Source of the DNA: Alistipes sp.
GTDB lineage: Bacteria; Bacteroidota; Bacteroidia; Bacteroidales; Rikenellaceae
Direction: 5' to 3'
Length of the DNA: 64,000 bases
Assembly (NCBI GenBank): GCA_017504485.1
Contig: JAFVRC010000001.1
Span: 18,928-82,927 of the forward strand
Of this stretch, positions 35,857-47,117 are shown piece after piece. The notes beneath the pieces were generated by a model. The model was not told the DNA's origin and searched no databases. It saw only the letters and a program-made list of their open reading frames with translations. The translations under genes were made by a program, and so were the position numbers. Position 1 is the first letter of the stretch. Each line of letters opens with the position of its first letter.

Positions 35857-38532
35857 TTACTCCAACATATAGTCGCAATTTCTAATATCCTGCGTCTTAT
35901 CGTATATCAGGAAGTAGGTGCCCGCCAACCACGAAGCACAGATATCCGAGGCATCGAATACGATGTTCGGGTTGTCGCTGATATCGAGGTAGTATATCAG
36001 ATAGGATATCGTGTCGTTGATAACGCCCAAGTCATTCGAGCCTAGATACAAGGCTCGCAGAGCCGTATGGTTGTAGATGCCCGTAGGCCACTCACGCAGG
36101 CAGCGGGCACCATTGGCATCGCGCTGACAACGCACACCCAGCACCGTGAGGTAGTAGCTGTCGAGCGGCTCGAATGGGAACTCCGAGAAGCGGTTGTACG
36201 AAAGCTCCACGCCGTAGAGGTACGGCAGATGCGTAGCATTCATCTCGTCAGGCAGGTCAGAAAGGCGGTTGTACGAGAGGTCGAGCGACATCAGCATCGG
36301 CGAATTTTCGTAGTCGAAAGAGCCCTTCTCGATCTTCTCAATCTCGTTGGCACGCAGGATGATATAGGCAACACTCGAGTTGCTGTCGGCCAGAGCCTTC
36401 GGGTAGCTCTTGAACTTATTCTGCGCAAGCGTAAGCGTATTGACACGGATGCCGTCATACTTACCCTCGGCATTGAGCGCGAAACCATCAATCTGGTTAC
36501 CCGAAAAATCGACAGACGACATTGTATATTGGCTCTTGGCCGAGAAGATATTCGGCACCTTGGTCAGGCGGTTGAACTTCACCGAGAATGTCTCGACATC
36601 ATCGTAGCCACAGAAGTAACCATCCGTTGCATCGACACGGAACTGCTCGTCGGTCAAGAGATTGTTGTCGAGATAGAGCTGCGTGAACGACACGCTGCGG
36701 CCGAATGGCTCCTCGATGGTTGCAATCTCGTTGTAGGCCAAGTCGAGCAGACCAAGCTTCTCCATGTTACGCATCTCGCGCGGAATAACGGCAAGGCGAT
36801 TCTCGCGGCCATAGAGAATCTGTATCTTCTTGCCCGATGGACCGGAGGCCAACGCACGCAGGCCGGCCAACATATCGTCGGCATCCCAATTGTTGTTCGA
36901 GAGGTTCAGCGACACGAGCTCGGGCATCGCCGCAATCTCCAACGGGAATTTCAGATTTGGGCAATTGTATATCTCCAAATCGGTGCAAGCCACGAGCTTC
37001 TCCATCGACTTTGGCAGTGCCGAGATTGTGCTGTTGGCAATGTAGAGTATCTCCAATTTCGCAAGGTTGCCTATCGACTCCGGCAGCGATTCGAGACGGT
37101 TGCAGATGGTGCCGTGGTTGGTGTCGTGCGGTCGTATGGTGCGCTGTGCGCCGGTTGCGCGGTCGATAATACTCTCTTCGCTCATCGACTTATATAGCGA
37201 GGTGGCCTCGATGGATATCGAGTGCTGTTCCAAGGCACGTGCACACGGCTCCGAGAACTGCACGGCAGGGTGTATCAGGCGCAGATAGTCGCCATGATCT
37301 TTCATCCTGTCGCGCTTGCGCTCCAAGAGGCTCTTGCCGCTATCGAGCAGAGGGTCGAAGGCCAGCAGATTGGTATCGTTGTGCGTTCCGAGGTAGAGTT
37401 CGACAAGCTCGGTGAGCTGCCCGAGTTGCTCAGGCATCGCGCCTCCGAAACCAAAGTTACTCAAATCGACACGCGCCACGCGACCGTTGGCATGCAGAGC
37501 CACGCCCGGCTGGTCGCCCCACAAATCTACATCCTTATTGAAGTTCCAATTCGCACCCTTCGGCCACTCCTCGCCGTAGTAGCTCCACTGTGGGCCGCCG
37601 AGCGACTCCCAGATGGCTTTCAGCGCACGGTAGTCGCGGATATACTCCGCCTCCTTGTCGAGCGTAACCTTCACATCGACATCCGTCAGGCGATTATCCT
37701 CCACATCGAACTCTACGAGCTCGGGCGATGTGTTCTCCTCGAGCGATATCTTTCGGTCGTCGAATACCTCGTATGCCGTCACGCGATAGCGACCGGCCGG
37801 CAACGACAAGAGCGAGTCGCACTTGCTCGACGATGTTTGGTAGCCATCCGCATCATCGCCATTTTCCTCGAAATGCACCGAGAAGTCGCAAGGCAGTTTC
37901 TCGAAGCGCGTCGCTGCACCGAGAGCACCCGATGCGTAGAGCTCACGCACCGTGATTGAGGCATACTCGGCTTGGTCGAAGGTGTAGCTCTCCGAGGCGG
38001 CCGCCTTGACAGGCTTCAGCCCTTCCATCGACTTTACGAGCGAAAAGCGCACCTTACCGCGCGGCTTGACATTGACCGTAATATCGTGAACGGTCAATCC
38101 TCCCTCGATAACCGTGAATGTGCTCGGCTCGGCAACAGTGCCGATATAGAGTTGCTCGTCAGACGAGTCGTAGAGCGTATAGCCCACCATACGATACTCG
38201 CCCGTCAGCAACTTCAGATGGTCGCTACGCAAGCCCTCCTCGGCAGCCTCTTGGGAGGCCGAGAAGAGCGCAAGCGTCTGCACAATATCCATATCGCCAT
38301 ACTCGAGCGACACCTTAACCTTGCAGGCTTGCGAGAGTAAGTCGAGCTGCCCGACAACGGCACGCGTAGAGCACGCCTGCTTGTCGTAGGAGGCCTCCTT
38401 GTAGAGTTTGAACTGCACATATCCGTAGTCGCGCTCGCGGTTATCGGGCAACTCATCGTGGGCACACCCCACAACAAGAAGCGACATGGCGGCCAACAAC
38501 ACTGATATGCCAAATTTTACGATTCTCATCAC
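35857..38532 (-). CDS. LRR lipoprotein (DUF4458-like N-terminus)
   Basis: Lipobox VVG-C; GYVQFKLYK; many LxxLxLxxN repeats. Confidence 0.8.
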   Translation of the reverse strand: MMRIVKFGISVLLAAMSLLVVGCAHDELPDNRERDYGYVQFKLYKEASYDKQACSTRAVVGQLDLLSQACKVKVSLEYGDMDIVQTLALFSASQEAAEEGLRSDHLKLLTGEYRMVGYTLYDSSDEQLYIGTVAEPSTFTVIEGGLTVHDITVNVKPRGKVRFSLVKSMEGLKPVKAAASESYTFDQAEYASITVRELYASGALGAATRFEKLPCDFSVHFEENGDDADGYQTSSSKCDSLLSLPAGRYRVTAYEVFDDRKISLEENTSPELVEFDVEDNRLTDVDVKVTLDKEAEYIRDYRALKAIWESLGGPQWSYYGEEWPKGANWNFNKDVDLWGDQPGVALHANGRVARVDLSNFGFGGAMPEQLGQLTELVELYLGTHNDTNLLAFDPLLDSGKSLLERKRDRMKDHGDYLRLIHPAVQFSEPCARALEQHSISIEATSLYKSMSEESIIDRATGAQRTIRPHDTNHGTICNRLESLPESIGNLAKLEILYIANSTISALPKSMEKLVACTDLEIYNCPNLKFPLEIAAMPELVSLNLSNNNWDADDMLAGLRALASGPSGKKIQILYGRENRLAVIPREMRNMEKLGLLDLAYNEIATIEEPFGRSVSFTQLYLDNNLLTDEQFRVDATDGYFCGYDDVETFSVKFNRLTKVPNIFSAKSQYTMSSVDFSGNQIDGFALNAEGKYDGIRVNTLTLAQNKFKSYPKALADSNSSVAYIILRANEIEKIEKGSFDYENSPMLMSLDLSYNRLSDLPDEMNATHLPYLYGVELSYNRFSEFPFEPLDSYYLTVLGVRCQRDANGARCLREWPTGIYNHTALRALYLGSNDLGVINDTISYLIYYLDISDNPNIVFDASDICASWLAGTYFLIYDKTQDIRNCDYMLE

Positions 38533-38556
38533 TTGTAATCTCTAAATTTCAACCGT

Positions 38557-40092
38557 TTATTCAGCGATATTGAGGTGACATATAAGCACGCAGTGGTTCG
38601 CTCCACCATTCGTAAAGAGCAGTGCGCCCGTGCTACCATTGGCCTTCTTATTCATCGTCACCACCTGCGACTCCTCCGAATACTCGTAGGCGAGCCACGA
38701 AGCATCCTCCTCGTTGAGTCGCTGCCACTCCTGCGGCAGCCCTTTAAGCATCGACATCGACGGGAACTCATTCGTAAAGGTAAGCTTGTAGATTGGTGCG
38801 CCATACGAAGCGTAGGCATCATACTCTGCACCCTCAGTTATCTCGACAAGCGTCGAGCCGTCACTCTCGGCACCACCCGGCAGATAGAAGGCTACCGGAG
38901 CGGCTGGCGCAGGGTTGTACTTGCAGTGAATGAATGTAAAGACCTTGCCCGAGGCATTCTTAAAGGCGACGAAGCCCTCGTAGATACCCGACACCTCGTT
39001 GCGCAGTGCGGTGCTCTTCGTAGCATCCATCTTCACGCTGAACGAGCCGTCCGACTGCTCGGTGGCCGTCAGCCACGCCTCCTCGTTGGTCGTAATATCG
39101 TAGAGCGAACCGTAAATGTCGTAGGTGCGGCACGAGATTGTATAAGGTCTCTGGGCGCAGATAAACGACGAGTTGTCGCCATCCGTCGTCGTCGTATATT
39201 GTAGCGTATAGGCAAACTCGGCCGTCGGAAACTCGGTGAAGGTCCAATCTTCGGCCGTCATCGACCATGTAGCACTCTCGACAAGGCTCGATGGGTAGAG
39301 CGTACCAAGCGTCTCCATAATCACCTTAACGGAGCCACCCTCGATATCCTGATTTGCCGCATCGCGGAAGCTCAACACGCCATCGACAGACTCCGGCTGC
39401 GACAGACCCGATAACTTAAGTTCCGTATATCCGGCTGCGCCCTCGGTAACGAGCAACGAGAGCCACGACGGAGCCGATGTCACCCAATTGAAGTTGGTCT
39501 TAACCAAGATGCGGTGCTCGAAAGAGCGGCTCTCGCCGAGGAAGAGCTCGATAGCTCGGTCAGCAGTCAGAGGCTGTGTCTCGTAGACGTAGAGGAATGG
39601 GCTCTCGGCATCCTCCGAGTAGTTGTAACCCTTGCTCCCATTCACCTCTGATACCTCGGCCAGATAGAGCTCCAAGGTACGCTCGGCCTTCGCCACACGA
39701 ATCGCAGCAATAACCTTATCCTTGCCATTCATACGCAGTTCCACGTTGCACACATAGTCGCGCTCGAAGTTCAGTTCGGCAGGCACCTTGACTACCACCT
39801 CAACAGGCGTGGTCGAGGCCTCACCCATAATGGTTTTGCGGTCGAGGCGCTCCTCGTTCACAACCTCGAAGAAGTCGCTATCGCTACCCGTGAGCGAGAG
39901 TTTCCAGCTATATGCCGGCGTAAAGCTAATTGTACAGTTCTCGCCCACTACACCCACAATCTGCTCGGGTTGTTCGGCAAAGCCGGCAAACGTATTGTCG
40001 GCCTCGGTCGTATCACCGGTCGTGCAGGCACTCATCACAAGAGTTGCCACTACAGCCATACATCCAATCAATCGGTTGAAAATACTCTTCAT
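38557..40092 (-). CDS. Lipoprotein (DUF5003/BACON-like)
   Basis: Lipobox MSA-C; position in SusCD operon. Confidence 0.7.
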   Translation of the reverse strand: MKSIFNRLIGCMAVVATLVMSACTTGDTTEADNTFAGFAEQPEQIVGVVGENCTISFTPAYSWKLSLTGSDSDFFEVVNEERLDRKTIMGEASTTPVEVVVKVPAELNFERDYVCNVELRMNGKDKVIAAIRVAKAERTLELYLAEVSEVNGSKGYNYSEDAESPFLYVYETQPLTADRAIELFLGESRSFEHRILVKTNFNWVTSAPSWLSLLVTEGAAGYTELKLSGLSQPESVDGVLSFRDAANQDIEGGSVKVIMETLGTLYPSSLVESATWSMTAEDWTFTEFPTAEFAYTLQYTTTTDGDNSSFICAQRPYTISCRTYDIYGSLYDITTNEEAWLTATEQSDGSFSVKMDATKSTALRNEVSGIYEGFVAFKNASGKVFTFIHCKYNPAPAAPVAFYLPGGAESDGSTLVEITEGAEYDAYASYGAPIYKLTFTNEFPSMSMLKGLPQEWQRLNEEDASWLAYEYSEESQVVTMNKKANGSTGALLFTNGGANHCVLICHLNIAE

Positions 40093-40136
40093 AATATCTA
40101 TCGTTTTTAGTTTTTAATATTTTCGTATTTCATTGG

Positions 40137-41051
40137 CTACAAGCCCTCGCGGCGCAAACGCTCGTACTCCTCCTGCGTAATCCACTCCAAGATGTTGTAG
40201 AAGTTGCCTACGGTACCCACCGGCGCACCAAGGTCCTCGACATAGATATGCACCCACAACTCGGCATAACGCTGGCAAGCGTTGAAGTAGGAGAGTGCAT
40301 ACGAGCTATCGTCGCATAGGATATGATTGTCGCCGAGAATCTGCCCGAAGACCGAAGCCTCGTCGCTGACGACCTGCCCCTTGTCCATCGTTATTGTCGG
40401 CTGTGCCGGATTCTCCGGATTGAACTTCATCGTCACATCATAGCCATCGTAGAACATACTCTCGAGGATGATGGTATTCGGCTCGCTCGGGTGGCGCACC
40501 GTCTTGACGAGTCGCTGGTAGCTCACATTCTCGCCCGGATAGGAGTAGAGGAAAAGTGACGTGAGCACACACCACCCCGTAAAGTTCTCCAGGTCGAATG
40601 GGCAACTCTTATACATAACCACCTTCGTACGGTTATACTGCTCGTAGAGTGGCCATTTGAGTTGCTCGGGCATAACCAACTGCAACGTGAAGCCGAGCGA
40701 ATCGGTAGGCTCGATATTGGCGTAGTTGCCATAGACATCGACATGCGCGGCACGCTCGCCGGCCGGTATCGTCACGCTATTCGAGGCGAGGCGGTAGTGT
40801 CGTCCCTCGATGGCATTGCTGCCCTTATCGATCACCTCGACACCAAAAGTGCGGTCGTAGTCGCACGCCACGGTCGAGGAGACGGCCACCTTGAAGGGCT
40901 CGCCGCTCTCGACTACCATATTTGTCGTGAGCGTATCAGCGAACATCACATACTCGACATCCGAATATGTAACATAGCTCTCCTTGCAACCCGTCATTGC
41001 GACGACGAGAAGCAGCGAGCCGAAGAGTTTTATTGCGTTCATAGATTTCAT
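40137..41051 (-). CDS. Lipoprotein (DUF4984-like)
   Basis: Lipobox MTG-C; NAIEGRHY motif; directly after SusD. Confidence 0.72.
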   Translation of the reverse strand: MKSMNAIKLFGSLLLVVAMTGCKESYVTYSDVEYVMFADTLTTNMVVESGEPFKVAVSSTVACDYDRTFGVEVIDKGSNAIEGRHYRLASNSVTIPAGERAAHVDVYGNYANIEPTDSLGFTLQLVMPEQLKWPLYEQYNRTKVVMYKSCPFDLENFTGWCVLTSLFLYSYPGENVSYQRLVKTVRHPSEPNTIILESMFYDGYDVTMKFNPENPAQPTITMDKGQVVSDEASVFGQILGDNHILCDDSSYALSYFNACQRYAELWVHIYVEDLGAPVGTVGNFYNILEWITQEEYERLRREGL

Positions 41052-41063
41052 ACTCTGCGCATA

Positions 41064-42596
41064 TTAGTTATTGCTCTCGTTTGGCACCACCTGCGAGCCC
41101 GGTGCTTCGAGCTCGTGCTGCGGAATAGGCCACACGAAGAGTGGATTGTCATACATTATCTTCAACGAGCTGCCCTCGACAAGCGAGTGTTGCTGCGGCG
41201 TGCGCTCGAAGCTCACTCCGTTGTTGTACTCGCTGCCCCAACGCTTCAAGTCGTGCAGACGAAAGCCCTCCATAAAGAGCTCACGCACGCGCTCGTCGGA
41301 TATCTGTTGCAGGAAGTTGGCGGCCGTGAGGTTTATACCTCCGCCCGACGTGTAGCGAGCCTGACGCAGCTTGGTCATATCCTTCGAGGCCTTCGAGTAT
41401 TCGCCCAGACGGCAGTAGGCCTCCGCACGAATCAAATACTGCTCCGAGAGACGGAACGGCTTTGGCATCGTGACGTGGTATATCATACTATTGTCGATAA
41501 AATCGCGGTTGCCGTAATACTTGACCAGCAGGTAGCACTCATAGCCATCATAGCCGGTTGGCGAGTAGTAGAAGAATGCATCGTGACGCGCATCGCCCGA
41601 GCCATAGAGTCTCAACGCCGACTCGGCAGGCACATAGTCAGGATAGAAGTAGTAGTAGTCGATATTGAAGTTCAGGAACGGCTGCCCCAATGCACCTCCA
41701 TACGAAGTGGTCGTGAAGCCCAAGCGCCAGATAATCTCCGAAGAGATGTCGTAGCCCCACATAACGTCGTAGTCCGAGTATGGCGGCACCACGTTGGCAT
41801 AATTGACCGACGAGAGGGCAAAGGAGCTATTGTCGATAAGGCGCGACGAGTACTCCACAGCACTCTCCCAATCGCGCATATAAAGCGCCACGCGGGCGTG
41901 CAGAGCCTCGGCCATAGCGCGTGTCATATAGACCGAACTTGCGGCATCGGCCTCCTCGTCAAGCAGTCGCTCGGCCATAGCCAAATCGGCCAACACGAAT
42001 TGGTAGGAGTCGTAGAGCGAGGCACGTACCGACGGCTCCTCGGCCGAGTAGTAGCGGCGCAGCACGACACCAAGCTCCTGCTTGGCCTCGTCGTCGCCCT
42101 TATAGTCCTTACAGAAGCACTTTATAAGTTCCGAATAAGCCAACGCGCGGATAGCATAGACCTCGCCTTTGTAGTGAGTCAGCGTGTCTATATTATCGTC
42201 GTTGGTCTCGGCGGCAATCACCGCATCGATGCGCTCGAGGAAGAAGTTACAGTTCGAGATTACGTTGTAGAGCGAGCCATAGACCGAGGTTATCTCGGCC
42301 GTCGTCGAGCGTATATCCCACTGCCAAATGTTGCCATACACATTCGAGAAGCGATCGACCGCATAGACCATATCGCACTGCACATCGGGCAACAGTGTGA
42401 GGTAGCCGCTATAGAGCGAGCTACTCTTCAACAGCGCATAGATACCCGTGAGCATCTGCTCGGCATCGTTATAGTTCTTCATCGCATCCTTCTCGAGGAT
42501 GGCCGACTGCGGATACTTTGTCAGACACGAGGCGGCCGAGAGAATCGTCGCCACGACAACTGCGCATATCTTTATATTGCGTAAAATACTCTTCAT
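41064..42596 (-). CDS. RagB/SusD family lipoprotein
   Basis: RLSEQYLIRAEA, ERVRELFMEGFRLHDLKRW and PIPQHE motifs. Confidence 0.95.
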   Translation of the reverse strand: MKSILRNIKICAVVVATILSAASCLTKYPQSAILEKDAMKNYNDAEQMLTGIYALLKSSSLYSGYLTLLPDVQCDMVYAVDRFSNVYGNIWQWDIRSTTAEITSVYGSLYNVISNCNFFLERIDAVIAAETNDDNIDTLTHYKGEVYAIRALAYSELIKCFCKDYKGDDEAKQELGVVLRRYYSAEEPSVRASLYDSYQFVLADLAMAERLLDEEADAASSVYMTRAMAEALHARVALYMRDWESAVEYSSRLIDNSSFALSSVNYANVVPPYSDYDVMWGYDISSEIIWRLGFTTTSYGGALGQPFLNFNIDYYYFYPDYVPAESALRLYGSGDARHDAFFYYSPTGYDGYECYLLVKYYGNRDFIDNSMIYHVTMPKPFRLSEQYLIRAEAYCRLGEYSKASKDMTKLRQARYTSGGGINLTAANFLQQISDERVRELFMEGFRLHDLKRWGSEYNNGVSFERTPQQHSLVEGSSLKIMYDNPLFVWPIPQHELEAPGSQVVPNESNN

Positions 42597-42601
42597 AGCC
42601 C

Positions 42602-45544
42602 CTAAAATGTTAAATCAAGACCAAAGGTGAACTGTCGCGCCATAGGGTACTGCGCCGCATAGATGTTGGTAGTACCCTCGGGATCGAGGCCCGAGAATGG
42701 CGTGAATGTAAATAGGTTTTGCGCCTGCGCATACACACGCAAGCCCGTGAACACACGGCTGCGACGGATGATGCTCGACGGCAGCGAGTAGGAGAGCATC
42801 AGGTTCTTGAGGCGCAGAAACGAGGCGTCCTCCAAGAGACGGCTGTCGAACTCCGTATATTCGCCGTGACGCGGGATGTCGGTGATGTCGCCCGGCTTCT
42901 TCCAACGGTCGAGCAGACGGCGCGATTGGTTGTACGACGAGAAGCGACCATTCGACTCGTCGAAGTAGCGGTCATTATTGATGACATATCGCTCGGCAAC
43001 CCAACTGAACTGCGCCGATAGGGCCAACCCCTTCCACGATATCGAGGTTCCGAAGCCGCCCTGCCAAGGAGCGATGTAGCTCTTGCCTACCAACACTTTA
43101 TCCTCATCGCGCAACTCGTTGGTCAGCTCGCCATTCTTGTCATACCACAGCGCATCACCATTCGCCGGATTAACCCCCGCATAGCGGTTGATGTAGAACT
43201 CGCCTATCGAGTGGCCCACAACCAGCTTGGTGTTGGTATTCGAGCGCTCGTACTCCTGCACGCCATTGTAGAGCTCGGTAATCTTGTTGCGATTGTACGA
43301 GAAGTTGGCATTCACCGTCCAAAGCACATCCCTCACGGCGAGCAGTGTGCCCGACACATTGACCTCCACACCGCGATTGACCATCACGCCCACATTGTCC
43401 CAATAGTAGCCGTAGCCCGACGTGGAGTATGGCTGCGGCACCTCCATCAACATATCGCTCGTGCGCTTGTTGTAGAACTCGACATCGAGGTTCAGGCGAT
43501 TCCAGAAGCCGACGTGCAGTGCCACATTGGTTGTCCAGAGCTTCTCCCAGCTGAGGTTCTCGTTACCCGGCTGCATAAGGGCCATACCCGCATTACCCAC
43601 ATAGTCGAGACCGCCACCCACAAGGGCGAGGTGCTCGTAGTTCGGAATCGAGGAGTTGCCCGACGTACCTGTCGAGAGCGACAACTGCGCGTTGGTTAGC
43701 CAGCGGCGCGACGACTCCATAAAGTGCTCGTTGCGCAGATTCCACATGAAGCCCACCGACCAGAAGGCCGCCCAGCGGTTCGAAACACCGAAGCGCGAGG
43801 AGCCGTCGGCACGCAGTGCCACCTCCGCGAAGTAGCGGTCGTCGAAGTTGTACTCGCCACGTCCAAAGAACGAGAGAAAGCCGTAATCCGAGTCGGTCGT
43901 ATCGTCCCACGCCGTTGCTCGCGTACCCGAAGTTACGTTGGTCAGCAGGTCGTTGTTCTGCCCCTTGGTCGTGAGGCTGAAGGCCTCGTAGTGGCTCTTC
44001 ACTCCCTCATGTCCGACGAGGAAACTGAAATTATGCACGGCATCTTTCGTGAAGCGATAGGTCGCCGTGTTGGTAACCGTCAGCGTATGGCTGTCGGTCG
44101 AACTGCGCGAAGCGGTACCCTGCCCCATATTCGGAGCATAGCTCGGATATGATACGCCGAAGCCGGTCGTATGGTCGAAGTCGGCACCAAATTGCGAGCG
44201 GAGCGTCAGCCCCTCTATAGGCTGCGCCTCGGCAAAGATGGAGACCAGAGCCTTGTACTTCTTGTAGGTCACGGGGTTGTTCTCCTGCCACTCGAGCGGA
44301 TTCTGCCCCGTGCCGGCCCAACTGCCGTCCGACACCGATGCGAGCGAGCCATCGGCCCTATAAGGGTTCCAATACGGCATCATAAAGCGTGCGGCCGAGA
44401 TTGGTGTCACGAGGGTATAGGCTCCCTCGTCGGCCTGCTGAATCTGCTGATAGTTGAACATCGTATTGGTGCCCATCTTGAGCCACTTGGCCATCTTACG
44501 CTCGACATTCGCACGGATAGAGTATCGCTCGAACTTCGAACCGAGGGCCGTACCCTCCTGATTATAGTAGCCACCCGAAACATAGTAGTTGGTCTTGTCG
44601 TCGGCACCCGACACCGAGAGCTCATAGTTCTGCAACAAAGCCGCATCCTTATAGACGGCATCGAGCCAATTTACGTCAGTACGCGAGAGCAGGTCGTAGT
44701 CCTTACCCTCGGTCAGCCCTATCTCCTTCTCGTACTGAATACGCTCGGCCGTGTTCATCAAGTCCCACTTGCGGTCGCAGGCTGTCTGCGAGAAGCCGAG
44801 CTGCATACGGAAGTCGATGCGCGGACGCTCCTCGCGCTTACCCTTCTTGGTCGTGATGACAATCACACCATTGGCTGCACGGGCACCATAGATGGAGGTG
44901 GAGGATGCATCCTTCAACACCGAGATAGACTCGATGTCGGCCGGATTTATCGTATTGAAATCGTTGCTCTCAATAGGCACTCCGTCGAGAATATAGAGAG
45001 GTGCCGTACCCGAGTTAATCGAGTTCGTACCGCGAATAGTCATCACGGCCGAGGCACTCGGCTCACCCGTATTCGACAAGACCGACAATCCGGGCACCTG
45101 GCCTTGAAGCGCCTGGTCGAAGGCCGCCGTAGGGGTGTCGGCCACATTCTCCATCTTAACCGAGGAGACAGAGCCTGCCACCGTGCCTTTCTTACGCACG
45201 CCGTAGGCGATAACCACCACGTCGTCGATACTCTCGGTATCGCTCTTCATCTCGAGGTTGAATATCGCACTCGCCTTGCCGGAGGGCACCACCCACTCGA
45301 CGCTCTGATAGCCGAGGTACGAGAATGTAAGTTTGGTTCCCGCCACCGCCTTGATGGAGTAGGTTCCATCGAGCAGTGTCGTCACGCCCTTCATATCCTC
45401 GGTGACAACCGTGACACCGATAAGCGGCTGCTTCTCCTCGGCCGAGGTGACCAAACCGCTCACTGCAACCAGAGCATCTTGCGCCAAGGCAGCAGTCGTC
45501 GTAAGGGCGATAAATAGTAGTACTAAAAGATTTCTTCTAATCAT
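42602..45544 (-). CDS. SusC/RagA TonB-dependent transporter
   Basis: DIESISVLKDASSTSIYGARAANGVIVITTK; C-terminal Phe. Confidence 0.96.
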   Translation of the reverse strand: MIRRNLLVLLFIALTTTAALAQDALVAVSGLVTSAEEKQPLIGVTVVTEDMKGVTTLLDGTYSIKAVAGTKLTFSYLGYQSVEWVVPSGKASAIFNLEMKSDTESIDDVVVIAYGVRKKGTVAGSVSSVKMENVADTPTAAFDQALQGQVPGLSVLSNTGEPSASAVMTIRGTNSINSGTAPLYILDGVPIESNDFNTINPADIESISVLKDASSTSIYGARAANGVIVITTKKGKREERPRIDFRMQLGFSQTACDRKWDLMNTAERIQYEKEIGLTEGKDYDLLSRTDVNWLDAVYKDAALLQNYELSVSGADDKTNYYVSGGYYNQEGTALGSKFERYSIRANVERKMAKWLKMGTNTMFNYQQIQQADEGAYTLVTPISAARFMMPYWNPYRADGSLASVSDGSWAGTGQNPLEWQENNPVTYKKYKALVSIFAEAQPIEGLTLRSQFGADFDHTTGFGVSYPSYAPNMGQGTASRSSTDSHTLTVTNTATYRFTKDAVHNFSFLVGHEGVKSHYEAFSLTTKGQNNDLLTNVTSGTRATAWDDTTDSDYGFLSFFGRGEYNFDDRYFAEVALRADGSSRFGVSNRWAAFWSVGFMWNLRNEHFMESSRRWLTNAQLSLSTGTSGNSSIPNYEHLALVGGGLDYVGNAGMALMQPGNENLSWEKLWTTNVALHVGFWNRLNLDVEFYNKRTSDMLMEVPQPYSTSGYGYYWDNVGVMVNRGVEVNVSGTLLAVRDVLWTVNANFSYNRNKITELYNGVQEYERSNTNTKLVVGHSIGEFYINRYAGVNPANGDALWYDKNGELTNELRDEDKVLVGKSYIAPWQGGFGTSISWKGLALSAQFSWVAERYVINNDRYFDESNGRFSSYNQSRRLLDRWKKPGDITDIPRHGEYTEFDSRLLEDASFLRLKNLMLSYSLPSSIIRRSRVFTGLRVYAQAQNLFTFTPFSGLDPEGTTNIYAAQYPMARQFTFGLDLTF

Positions 45545-45894
45545 AGCGCGCAAAGTTACTCTTTTTTTGATTAGACAGCAAATTTTCCCGCTACATTTTT
45601 CGAATATTTATCACCTACGCGCTTCGGCCAGCACCATATACTCACAGAGTAGTAGCCATATTACGGATATACACATTGCATATTTATGCATACTGCCTTC
45701 TAAAATTGCATAACGACCTGTATTTCAAAAAAAATGTGACAACAATAATTTCCACAAAATCCCCACACGAGCAATCTGCAGGGCGATTTACGACACTACT
45801 CCGCACCACACTCACGCCTTTTTGCGGCCCGATATTTGACACAATAGGATTTTTTGATTATATTTGCAAAAAATTATGCTTAACAGTAAGTGCT

Positions 45895-47037
45895 ATGACC
45901 GGCTCCTCTTTTGACGATATACGCCCCTATAATGACGCGGAAATTCCCGCCGCCATCGAGCGTATCGTGAATGATCCGACATTTATCAAGGCGGTGCTGT
46001 TCGCCTTCCCAAGCCAGAACATCGAGGATATTAAGGCCCTGCTACGCTCATGCAAGACGCGCTATGACGTGCAGGAGCGCGTGATGTACCACGTCATCCG
46101 CATGCTCATCGAGAAGACAATGGGGCAATTCACCCACTCGGGCACCGAGAATATATCGGCCGACACGGGTTACCTCATAATCTCGAACCACCGCGATATC
46201 GTACTCGACGCCTTCTTACTGCAGTATGTGATGTTCGTAAACTCATTGCCTACGACATGCTCGACAATGGGCGACAATCTCTGGGCTTCGCAATTCATCA
46301 TCGACCTCTGCCGCACAAACGGCGCGGTACGCATCTTCCGCAAAACAGAAGAGATGCCTACGCGCGAACTGTTGCTCAACTCGCAGCACCTCTCCGAATA
46401 TCTCCGTCACACCATTACGGGCGGTGAGTCGGTGTGGATAGCACAGCGCAACGGACGCACGAAGGATGGATGCGACTCGACCGACCAAGGCGTACTGAAG
46501 ATGCTTACGCTCAGCGGCTCGGGCGACTTTGCGGCTGACCTCGGAGAGCTCAACATAACGCCTATGTCGATATCGTACCAATATGAGCCATGCGACGTGA
46601 TGAAAGCCATAGAGCTTGCACGCAAGCAGAGCGGCGAAGCGTACCACAAGGCCGAGAACGAGGATGTGATAAGCATCCTGACAGGCATCAAGCAGCAGAA
46701 GGGCGATGTGAACGTAACGCTCTGCAAGCCTATCTCGCGCGAGCAACTCAACACGCTCGCCGAGCTACCACGCGCCGAGGCATACAAGGCACTTATGGAG
46801 CTTATCGACCGTGCAATACGCGACAGCTACAAGCTCTACGACACGAACTACATCGCTCACGATATGCTTCACGGTGACAATCAATACGCCGACCGCTATA
46901 CACCTGTGCAGGCCGAGAACTTTGCGGCTCGGGTTGCCGAGGCAGAGCGTCAGTTTGCCGAGGCGGGCGTAGATGTTGCCACGACACGCCGCATATATCT
47001 GGATATATATGCCAATCCGGTAGATTTGAAGCAATAG
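45895..47037 (+). CDS. Glycerolipid acyltransferase family protein
   Basis: FDDIRPY, SNHRDIVLD and WIAQRNGRTKDG motifs. Confidence 0.88.
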   Translation: MTGSSFDDIRPYNDAEIPAAIERIVNDPTFIKAVLFAFPSQNIEDIKALLRSCKTRYDVQERVMYHVIRMLIEKTMGQFTHSGTENISADTGYLIISNHRDIVLDAFLLQYVMFVNSLPTTCSTMGDNLWASQFIIDLCRTNGAVRIFRKTEEMPTRELLLNSQHLSEYLRHTITGGESVWIAQRNGRTKDGCDSTDQGVLKMLTLSGSGDFAADLGELNITPMSISYQYEPCDVMKAIELARKQSGEAYHKAENEDVISILTGIKQQKGDVNVTLCKPISREQLNTLAELPRAEAYKALMELIDRAIRDSYKLYDTNYIAHDMLHGDNQYADRYTPVQAENFAARVAEAERQFAEAGVDVATTRRIYLDIYANPVDLKQ

Positions 47038-47117
47038 GCACACAAACATCAAGATGCAGGAGAGGCTGACCAAACACATTTTGTCAGCCTCTTATCATTC
47101 ACAACACCCCGCACAGC

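Noticed and set aside
32209-45517. Long plus-strand ORFs (507, 608, 376, 640 and 448 aa)
   Set aside because: Antisense shadows of GC-rich genes with clear motifs on the minus strand
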